Positions 11,868-23,407 of a stretch of 64,000 bases of DNA are shown piece after piece (the first letter of the stretch is position 1; each line of letters starts with the position of its first letter). The stretch covers positions 171,678,001 through 171,742,000 of the forward strand of contig NC_042998.1 of the NCBI RefSeq assembly GCF_006345805.1, in the 5' to 3' direction. Under the pieces are notes generated by a model. It did not search any database. It was not told where the DNA came from and was given only the letters and a program-made list of their open reading frames with translations. The position numbers and the translations under genes are program-made. This stretch comes from Octopus sinensis (Eukaryota).

Positions 11868-12326
11868 ACTTCCAATCTAAAATATCAATATTTTAAAATA
11901 TAAAAATAATAATTTTAAAATAATTAAAGTATGAATGAAAAAATATAAATATATAATCCATATATAACCTATATATAATCCATATATAATCAATATATCA
12001 ATATATAAACTAAAATAAACCTATCAACAATTAAATAACAAAATAAATATAAAATATAAAATATAAAACAACAAAAAAATAATAATAATATAATAATAAA
12101 CTATATATACACCCATACACATATACCTAATTATATATAACCATATCTAACTACATACACTAAATCACACACCTATATATATATCCCTATACATACACAT
12201 AAAAACGTCTAGGCAACTATAAATAAATAAAATAGCTAAATACTTCAACACAATACTTATTCATACTCCCACACACACACACACACAACCCACATTCACG
12301 CTCTAGAAAACGGACATCACTTAAAA

Positions 12327-13925
12327 TTATGAACGGAGAAATGGAATAAATGGAATTAAAAATTATATTCACTTGGTAAAACGAACACTACTTAAAAATT
12401 ATGAATGAAACAATGCAATAAAACAACAGACATCGCAAATAGACACAAATACTACTACGAATTCCTTAACAAACCTACCATGATAAACCAAAACTCATAA
12501 AAACATATAATGATAAAATCTCCCTTTACTAAACTCTATAACATACCTATATAGCAATCCCCCTAACCTAAACATTCACACACATACACACACGTAAACC
12601 ACACACCCACGACATATACAAATACCCACACCACTTACACATACCTATACATACATATAAACCTCAACATATACTCCAAAAACCCACTCAACCCCACACA
12701 GACAAATAAACACAAAAATTATGAATGGATTCTTTTATAAAACTACCATGATAAGCTAAAACTCACAAAACATAAATGATAAAACCTCCCTTTACTAAAC
12801 ACTATAACATACTTATATAGCAATCCCTTTAACCTATACATTCACACACAACACAACACGTAAACCACACACCCATAACAAATACAAACACCCACCCCAC
12901 TCACACACACCCACAAGTACATATACGCCTCAACATATACACCAAACAAAATTACTTTACCAAGGAACTTAACATATGTATAAAAAGTATAACCGCTCTG
13001 GAAACGAACATCTTTTAAAATAATGAATGGAGAAATGGAATAAATGGAATTAAAAATAATATTCACGTGGCAAAACGAACACCACTCAAAAATTATGAAT
13101 GAAACAATGTAATAAAACAACCAACATCGAAAATAGACAAATACCACGAATTCCCTAAAAAAAACCATGATAAACCAAAACTCTTAAAAACATATAACGA
13201 TAAAATTCCCTTTGCTAAACTCTATAACAAACCTATATAGCAATCCCCCTAACCTAAACATTCACACACAAAAAACACACACGTAAACCACAGACCCACG
13301 ACTTATACACATACCTATACTAACTTATAAACCTCATATACACCAAAAACCCACTCCCTCCCCACACACAAATTAACACATACATCCCAAAACCTAAATA
13401 ACAAACCCATATACACATTCACACACAAACACACACACACAACAGATACATATACTCCCTCACATATACGCATATACATACTCACTAAACTCGATATATA
13501 CAACAATATTTACACACCCACACTCATATAGATAAATAAATTATACAACTAAAAACTCACACACAATCTCATATACATAAACACTCCAATAAAAAACAAC
13601 ATTAAATACATCGTAATTAACCAGAATATCAAAAATAACAATATGACATAAGGAGAAATAAAATACATACTTACAAGTCAGCTTCAAATTATGAAGTGAA
13701 ATTAAATTCTTAGCCGTTAAAAAAATCAAACCAAAATTACGTTACCATAGAAATATAACTTATGTAAAAAAAGAATACGCGCCATGGAAAGTAAACGTCA
13801 TTTAAAATTATGAATGGAGAATAAATAATAATGGAACTAAAAACTATATCCACGTGGCAAACCAACACTACTTAAAAAAAATTTATTATGAATGGATTCT
13901 TTAATAAAACTACCATAATAATTAT
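12327..13925. repeat. Array of degenerate ~300-400-bp modules inside the pLTR (present in all four pLTR copies)
   Basis: Recurrent words ttatgaatgg/ttatgaatgaa, cacgtggc, accatgataa, tatagcaatccc, cacgtaaaccac and cctcaacatatacacc. Units lie at ~12327, ~12718, ~13021 and a partial one at ~13806. Confidence 0.85.
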
Positions 13926-15332
13926 TATATACAATTATGAGCTTTAGCTCATCTTAGCAGCTCTAACAAACAACTTGCAGTAACCCAAATCTATTCTCGA
14001 TGCCTGCCTTACTACTACACTATTCCATTCCCAATTCCAAGCAACGCTAGCCCACCACCCGGTTACAATTCCCAACTCCACCATTCATTCACAATTTCAA
14101 CGACGTTCACCTCCACAGCGCTACATATAAGCCTCAACATATACACCGGAGATTCGCTTTCAATCCGTGCGGATGGGTGAGATTATACATTGAGTGTAGT
14201 GATGGGGCTCCCATTACTATACACATTTGTACCTGTGTGGTAGTCTCCATGTGTATATTCACGCACGGGTATAAATGCAAGGGGTACACGCGCACGGCAT
14301 GTACGTGTACCCCCTCACATGTACATATGCATGCTAGTTGGGCTCGATATGTGCAACAATGTAATCGCGCCCGCATACATGCATATGGGCGAGTTGCACA
14401 ATCAAAATACGCACACGTGTGTGTGTGCGTTCCCTGGTTGTGCAATTCACCCATCTGGGTGTGAGTGGTGTAAGCGTATTGCTGTGGATGTCGAGCTTGA
14501 TACGTATGTATATGAGTGTGTATTGGGGGTTGTACGTATTTATTGTGTGCATGTGCTTCACGCACGTGCGTCCATGTATGGATGAATATATTGGGATTGC
14601 TATGTGGGTGTAAATTGGGTATGGAGGGGGGAGTTTTGTCATTGTATGGGTGTAGGTTTCATTTGTGATGGTGGTTTGTTGGTGATTTTTAATATGTTCT
14701 GTATATTTGGGTTAGTTATGTATTATTCTAGTGTGTATAATTGTATACATATGATTGGTGTGAGTGGGATTACGCCCATTTTTGGGGATGTATGTGTTTA
14801 TTCGTCCGTATGGGGCGGGAGTGGCCGTTTGGTGTATATGTTGAGGCTCACATGCAATTCCAGGTACGCGCGAATGAAGTGGGCACTTATATTTGTTATG
14901 GGTGTATACTTTATTATAACAGACAATACCCAAATAAAATCTGTCAATTCAACATACCAAATAAAAACAAAAAACAAAGGGATCGTAAACCTTCACACAT
15001 ACATACAAAACTCAATAAAACACCACTAAATAACACCCATCAACATATAAATATATCCTCCAAAATACATATAACAAATGCATAATAAAAATACATAATA
15101 AAATAAAATAAAAAAATATATAAATAAAGAAAATAAAAAAATCTAATATAAATTATTAAAGTTTTAACATACCATAAACTGTTATATTAATATACATTAA
15201 AAATGAACTAATTAAAACAAAGAAATATCAATAAAGACTAACTATAATTAAAGCCTAGACTACATACCAAAAAATATATTATCTAAACTAATTTAAACTA
15301 AACTAAAGTAACCTAATAGGGAACTATTATTG

Positions 15333-17847
15333 CTATTTATCATGAAACTTATTATATAGGTAAAGTAACTTATGTCTGCATTTTATTTTGCGCTCTTCAC
15401 CAGTATTAAGTAAATTATCATACTTATAAAATAAAATTTCTTTAAACTCATTAGAGCATAAATAACAACAATTAGCTCCTATAGTATATGATTTAGTTTT
15501 ACAAATTATTTCCCAAATTAAACTATAATTAATATTTAGTGATTTAAGACTCCAAATGTACTTACTAAGTCCAGTTGAGTTGATTAAGTTTTTATTTTTA
15601 AAAGAATTCATATGTTGTGCGATTCTTAGTTTTATTTTTGAGGAAGTAGAACCTATATAAACCGCTTTTGGGTAATTATTATTCTTAAAGTTATTATCAT
15701 GTAATGTAACTATACATTTATACACTACATCGTTAATATCACAATTATTATTTAATATACAATTAGATTTATCTCTACATGTACAATTAATATAAGTCTT
15801 ATCATTATTAATATTATTATCAAATAATTTCTTTTTATAAAAATTATTCAGTTTATATTTATTAAATGAAGAAATAATGTTACCAACATTATTAGTGGTA
15901 GAATAACCAACTCCAAAATTATTAAAAGAGAAAATGTTTCTATATTTACGATTAACTCTAATAAATAGTTCTATAACATCTAAAATCTCTTTAATAATAT
16001 TCGTTTTTACTTGATCTCCATAAGGAACTATTAACCAAATTTATTCTTAATAACCTTATTATTATTATCATTATTATAAAATATTTATAATTCTTTATTT
16101 TATTAAAATTATTATCAAAATTATATCTATGTACAGCATTTAAGGAATTATTAATATTATTAATTTTATCAATATAATTATTATAATAATTATTAAATTT
16201 ATTTTTATTTTTATTATTCTTATTTATATTATTATTATTATTATATTTATTATTATTATTATTATTCTTATTTATATTTTTATCATTTTTATTATTTTTT
16301 TTATAATATCTATTATTTTTACCACTAAACCTAACAAAATTATAATTATTATTAGAAGTATCTCGAAAATTATCAATTAAATCTTTATCACTAATATTAT
16401 AAAATTTAATATTCCTATTATAACCTGCCCCTCTAAGGGCCTCATTATAATAATTAGCATGTTTATTAAAAATATCTATATCATAAGAGAGTAATGAAAT
16501 ACGTTTACTTATATTATTAATCAACGATTTTTTAATAGAAAATGGGTGATTACTATTAACATTTATATATCTAAGGTTCTCATTAAGTTTATGATATGGT
16601 TGTGTTTTACCTGTAATAAGATTAAAATTAACATCTAAATAATTAACATTATAATTCTCCTTATATATAGTAATACTTAAACCATATCTTTTAAAGAAAC
16701 TATATAGTTTTTTCTTATATACTTCTAGATTCCTATTAGTACAATTCTTTGTAACTAGTAGAAGATCGTCTCTATATAAACCACCCTCTATCTTATGATT
16801 TTCTAATTGGAGTTCAGATAAAAGAAAAATACCTACTAAATCAGTAGCCTGTGCAGAATCTGGTGCTCCCATAGGTATATCAAAACAATCTCTAGTATCA
16901 TTCCTAGCCCATAATTTATTTTTATATTAATTAGCGATTTCCTAGCCATTTTAATTACATTAACTTCTTCCCGTGACATACCCACTTTATTCATTGCGAA
17001 AATAAGCGCTTTATTAAACACAATTTCATTAATAGAAGAATAATAATTATCTATATCTATTTGAATAAATTTATAACGATTTTTATCTTTAATATTATTA
17101 AACCATTTCAATGTATTATTATTACTAAACCATAATTTTAAATAATTAAGTTTATTTAACTTATCAATATATTTATCTAAAATAAATTTACTTAATTTAC
17201 CTAGGTCCGATTTACATGGGCAAATTAATCTAACTTTAGGGTCTGAATAAAAATTATCTTTATGGTCTTTAAGAGTAATTCTGGGGTGCAAAGGTACATA
17301 AGGTTCAGTTTTATTATCCAACTCATATTTTAACATTACTACTTTAGAGGCCTTATTAATATTATAAAGAATATCATCTGGAACAATTTTATATTTTTTA
17401 TTATTTCTTTTCCTAATAGTTTATCATATAATTTAACATCTAATTTATATAGGTTCCTTGTTTTATCAGATTGTACTATAATACCATCCATATTTCTCAT
17501 ATCTTTAATTTTAATTGCTAAATTCCTTAAATATTCATTATTTCTATTTGGGTATTTATGGAATTCAATATTTTTTACCACCTTCCATATACTATCTTCA
17601 AGTAATTGTAATTCTTTATTAAATGGAGGTTCCTTTCTAGATTTAAATTTAGAGGTAAAATTATCATTCCTACTATCAATATCATTAAATAAAAAAAATT
17701 ATAGTAAAAAGCTTTCCATTTAATTCTAGAAATAAAATCTTTAACATTATTAACAAGTTTCAAGATAAATTCCTTTCTAGAAGGAATAGGAATATCTTTC
17801 AAAGATGAATCCCAAAACAGCGGTTCTATCTTACCTGTAAAATCCAT
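15333..17847 (-). CDS. Penelope-like (Naiad-type) reverse transcriptase + GIY-YIG endonuclease, left copy, frameshifted in this assembly
   Basis: SDKTRNLY; RITLKDHK; IQIDIDNYYSSI (RT catalytic D); PMGAPDSAQATDLVG; GLYRDD; YLDV; YINVNSNHP; CTC-x5-C-x5-C knuckle; VYKC...VYIGST...CYLC...E...CRH. Confidence 0.9.
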
Positions 17848-18080
17848 AATTTACGAAATTGAGGTATTACACACAATATACAAAATTATCAATATTATAT
17901 AAATAATAAATATTAGGGAGTAAATCCAAATTTACAGGGAAAAAATCAGATTTAGGATTAAATCCAATTTTATAGTAAAATATTATAAAATATTATTAGA
18001 GACAAAACCACTATTTTGCAAAACAAACAAGGAAAGACTTAATCAATACATAAGATTTTAATAAATAGTCAAAAAAACCG

Positions 18081-18123
18081 CCACTACAATTGTTTCTTAT
18101 CTTGATCGACAATCTTCAGGTGG
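18081..18123 (-). ncRNA. Minimal type I hammerhead ribozyme, copy 2 (upstream of left ORF)
   Basis: ccac CTGAAGA ttgtcgatcaagataa GAAA caattg TA gtgg, about 230 nt before the ATG at 17847. Confidence 0.85.
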
Positions 18124-20437
18124 ACTTCCAATCTAAAATATCAATATTTTAAAATATAAAAATAATAATTTTAAAATAATTAAAGTATGAATGAAAAAAT
18201 AAATATATAATCCATATATAACCTATATATAATCCATATATAATCAATATATAAACAATATATAAACTAAAATAAACCTATCAACAATTAAATATAAAAT
18301 ATAAAATATAAAATATAAAAACAAACAAAAAAATAATAATAATATAATAATAAACTATATATACACCCATACACATATACCTAATTATATATAACCATAT
18401 CTAACTACATACACTAAATCACACACCTATATATATATCCCTATACATACACATAAAAACGTCTAGGCAACTATAAATAAATAAAATAGCTAAATACTTC
18501 AACACAATACTTATTCATACTCCCACACACACACACATACAACCCACATTCACGCTCTAGAAAACGGACATCACTTAAAATTATGAACGGAGAAATGGAA
18601 TAAATGGAATTAAAAATTATATTCACTTGGTAAAACGAACACTACTTAAAAATTATGAATGAAACAATGCAATAAAACAACAGACATCGCAAATAGACAC
18701 AAATTACTACGAATTCCTTAACAAACCTACCATGATAAACCAAAACTCATAAAAACATATAATGATAAAATCTCCCTTTACTAAACTCTATAACATACCT
18801 ATATAGCAATCCCCCTAACCTAAACATTCACACACAATACACACACGTAAACCACACACCCACGACATATACAAATACCCACACCACTTACACATACCTA
18901 TACATACATATAAACCTCAACATATACCCCAAAACCCACTCAACCCCACACAGACAAATAAACACAAAAATTATGAATGGATTCTTTTATAAAACTACCA
19001 TGATAAGCTAAAACTCACAAAACATAAATGATAAAACCTCCCTTTACTAAACACTATAACATACTTATATAGCAATCCCTTTAACCTATACATTCACACA
19101 CAAATACACACACGTAAACCACACACCCATAACAAATACAAACACACCCACCCCACTCACACACACCCACAAGTACATATACGCCTCAACATATACACCA
19201 AACAAAATTACTTTACCAAGGAACTTAACATATGTATAAAAAGTATAACCGCTCTGGAAACAACATCTTTTAAAATAATGAATGGAGAAATGGAATAAAT
19301 GGAATTAAAAATAATATTCACGTGGCAAAACGAACACCACTCAAAAATTATGAATGAAACAATGTAATAAAACAACCAACATCGAAATATAGACAAATTA
19401 CCACGAATTCCCTAAAAAAAACCATGATAAACAAAACTCTTAAAAACATATAACGATAAAATTTCCCTTTGCTAAACTCTATAACAAACCTATATAGCAA
19501 TCCCCCTAACCTAAACATTCACACACAAAAAACACACACGTAAACCACAGACCCACGACTTATACACATACCTATACTAACTTATAAACCTCAATATACA
19601 CCAAAAACCCACTCCCTCCCCACACAGACAAATTAACACATACATCCCAAAACCTAAATAACAAACCCATATACACATTCACACACAAACACCACACACG
19701 CAAAACACACACACACACAGATACATATACTCCCTCACATATACGCATATACATACTCACTAAACTCGATATATACAACAATATTTACACACCCACACTC
19801 ATACAGATAAATAAATTATACAACTAAAAACTCACACACAATCTCATATACATAAACACTCCAATAAAAAACAACATTAAATACATCGTAATTAACCAGA
19901 ATATCAAAAATAACAATATGACATAAGGAGAAATAAAATACATACTTACAAGTCAGTTTCAAATTATGAAGTGAAATTAAATTCTTAGCCGTTAAAAAAA
20001 TCAAACCAAAATTACGTTACCATAGAAATATAACTTATGTAAAAAAAAAATACGCGCCATGGAAAGTAACGTCATTTAAAATTATGAATGGAGAAATAGA
20101 ATAAATGGAACTAAAAACTATATCCACGTGGCAAACCAACACTACTTAAAAAAATTTATTATGAATGGATTCTTTAATAAAACTACCATAATAAATTATT
20201 ATATACAATTATGAGCTTTAGCTCAACTTAGCAGCTCTAACAAACAACTTGCAGTAACCCAAATCTATTCTCGATGCTTGCCTTACTACTACACTATTCC
20301 ATTCACAATTCCAAGCAACGCTAGCCCACCACCCGGTTACAATTCCCAACTCCACCCATTCATTCACAATTTCAACGACGTTCACCTCCACAGCGCTACA
20401 TATAAGCCTCAACATATACACCGGAGATTCGCTTTCA

Positions 20438-20817
20438 CTAAGTACGTACAACCCCCCAATACACACTCATATACATACGTATCAAGCTCGACATCCACAG
20501 CAATACGCTTACACCCACCCCTCACACCCAGATGGGTGATTGCACAACCAGGGACGCACACACACACGTGTGCGTATTTTGATTGTGCAACTCGCCCATA
20601 TGCATGTATGCGGGCGCGATTACTTGTTGCACATATCGAGCCCAACTAGCATGCATATGTACATGTGAGGGGGTACACGTACATGCCGTGCGCGTGTACC
20701 CCTTGCATTTATAACCCGTGCGTGAATATACACATGGAGACTACCACACAGGTACAAATGTGTATAGTTGGGAGCCCCATCACTACACTCAATGTATATC
20801 TCACCCATCCGCAGGAT
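20438..20817 (+). other. 380-bp spacer of the palindrome, a 5'-truncated piece of the element's hairpin-rich region
   Basis: Matches ~26712-27090 directly and ~14160-14545 in reverse complement. Confidence 0.85.
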
Positions 20818-23131
20818 TGAAAGCGAATCTCCGGTGTATATGTTGAGGCTTATATGTAGCGCTGTGGAGGTGAACGTCGTTGAAATTGTGAATGAATGGG
20901 TGGAGTTGGGAATTGTAACCGGGTGGTGGGCTAGCGTTGCTTGGAATTGGAATGGAATAGTGTAGTAGTAAGGCAGGCATCGAGAATAGATTTGGGTTAC
21001 TGCAAGTTGTTTGTTAGAGCTGCTAAGATGAGCTAAAGCTCATAATTGTATATAATAATTTATTATGGTAGTTTTATTAAAGAATCCATTCATAATAAAT
21101 TTTTTTTAAGTAGTGTTGGTTTGCCACGTGGATATAGTTTTTAGTTCCATTTATTCTATTTCTCCATTCATAATTTTAAATGACGTTTACTTTCCATGGC
21201 GCGTATTCTTTTTTTACATAAGTTATATTTCTATGGTAACGTAATTTTGGTTTGATTTTTTTAACGGCTAAGAATTTAATTTCACTTCATAATTTGAAGC
21301 TGACTTGTAAGTATGTATTTTATTTCTCCTTATGTCATATTGTTATTTTTGATATTCTGGTTAATTACGATGTATTTAATGTTGTTTTTTATTGGAGTGT
21401 TTATGTATATGAGATTGTGTGTGAGTTTTTAGTTGTATAATTTATTTATCTGTATGAGTGTGGGTGTGTAAATATTGTTGTATATATCGAGTTTAGTGAG
21501 TATGTATATGCGTATATGTGAGGGAGTATATGTATCTGTTGTGTGTGTGTGTTTTGCGTGTGTGTGTGTTTGTGTGTGAATGTGTATATGGGTTTGTTAT
21601 TTAGGTTTTGGGATGTATGTGTTAATTTGTCTGTGTGGGGAGGGAGTGGGTTTTTGGTGTATATTGAGGTTTATAAGTTAGTATAGGTATGTGTATAAGT
21701 CGTGGGTCTGTGGTTTACGTGTGTGTTTTTGTGTGTGAATGTTTAGGTTAGGGGGATTGCTATATAGGTTTGTTATAGAGTTTAGCAAAGGGAGATTTTA
21801 TCGTTATATGTTTTTAAGAGTTTTGGTTTATCATGGTTTTTTTTAGGGAATTCGTGGTAATTTGTCTATTTTCGATGTTGGTTGTTTTATTACATTGTTT
21901 CATTCATAATTTTTGAGTGGTGTTCGTTTTGCCACGTGAATATTATTTTTAATTCCATTATTCCATTCTCCATTCATTATTTTAAAAGATGTTCGTTTCC
22001 AGATCGGTTATACTTTTTATACATATGTTAAGTTCCTTGGTAAAGTAATTTTGTTTGGTGTATATGTTGAGGCGTTATGTACTTGTGGGTTGTGTGTGAG
22101 TGGGGTGGGTGTTTGTATTTGTTATGGGTGTGTGGTTTACGTGTGTGTATTTGTGTGTGAATGTATAGGTTAAAGGGATTGCTATATAAGTATGTTATAG
22201 TGTTTAGTAAAGGGAGGTTTTATCATTTATGTTTTGTGAGTTTTAGCTTATCATGGTAGTTTTATAAAAGAATCCATTCATAATTTTTGTGTTTATTTGT
22301 CTGTGTGGGGTTGAGTGGGTTTTGGAGTATATGTTGAGGTTTATATGTATGTATAGGTATGTGTAAGTGGTGTGGGTATTTGTATATGTCGTGGGTGTGT
22401 GGTTTACGTGTGTGTATTTGTGTGTGAATGTTTAGGTTAGGGGGATTGCTATATAGGTATGTTATAGAGTTTAGTAAAGGAGATTTTATCATTATATGTT
22501 TTTATGAGTTTTGGTTTATCATGGTAGGTTTGTTAAGGAATTCGTAGTAATTTGTGTGTATTTGCGATGTCTGTTGTTTTTATTGCATTGTTTTATTCAT
22601 AATTTTTAAGTAGTGTTCGTTTTACCAAGTGAATATAATTTTTAATTCCATTTATTCCATTTCTCCGTTCATAATTTTAAGTGATGTCCGTTTTCTAGAG
22701 CGTGAATGTGGGTTGTATGTGTGGTGTGTGGGAGTATGAATAAGTATTGTGTTGAAGTATTTAGCTATTTTATTTATTTATAGTTGCCTAGACGTTTTTA
22801 TGTGTATGTATAGGGATATATATATAGGTGTGTGATTTAGTGTATGTAGTTAGATATGGTTATATATAATTAGGTATATGTGTATGGGTGTATATAAGTT
22901 TATTATTATATTATTATTATTTTTTTGTTTTGTTTTATATTTTATATTTTATATTTTATATTTAATTGTTGATAGGTTTATTTTAGTTTATATATTGTTT
23001 ATATATTGATTATATATGGATTATATGTAGGTTATATATGGATTATATATTTATATTTTTTCATTCATACTTTAATTATTTTAAAATATTATTTTTATAT
23101 TTTTTAAATATTGATATTTTAGATTGGAATT

Positions 23132-23174
23132 CCACCTGAAGATTGTCGATCAAGATAAGAAACAATTGTAGTGG
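23132..23174 (+). ncRNA. Minimal type I hammerhead ribozyme, copy 3 (upstream of right ORF)
   Basis: ccac CTGAAGA ttgtcgatcaagataa GAAA caattg TA gtgg. Confidence 0.85.
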
Positions 23175-23407
23175 CGGTTTTTTTGACTATTTATTAAAAT
23201 CTTATGTATTGATTAAGTCTTTCCTTGTTTGTTTTGCAAAATAGTGGTTTTGTCTCTAATAATATTTTATAATATTTTACTATAAAATTGGATTTAATCC
23301 TAAATCTGATTTTTTCCCTGTAAATTTGGATTTACTCCCTAATATTTATTATTTATATAATATTGATAATTTTGTATATTGAGTGTAATACCTCAATTTC
23401 GTAAATT

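Larger units (their letters stand above)
11648..20437 (-). mobile_element. Left arm of giant PLE palindrome: pLTR - non-coding - ORF - pLTR (Naiad-like)
   Basis: 11648-~14160 is directly repeated at ~17905-20437. The RT/GIY-YIG ORF lies between them on the minus strand. The whole arm is the reverse complement of 20818-29535. Confidence 0.93.

Noticed and set aside
12327-13925. CRISPR-like reading of the recurring ttatgaatgg words
   Set aside because: Repeats are degenerate and irregularly spaced, spacers are homologous to each other, the context is eukaryotic, and there are no cas genes.
15333-15800. Selenocysteine recoding/SECIS, as reported for some Naiads
   Set aside because: All Cys positions of the knuckle and the GIY-YIG C-terminal motif are TGT/TGC in the left copy. 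No in-frame TGA needs read-through.
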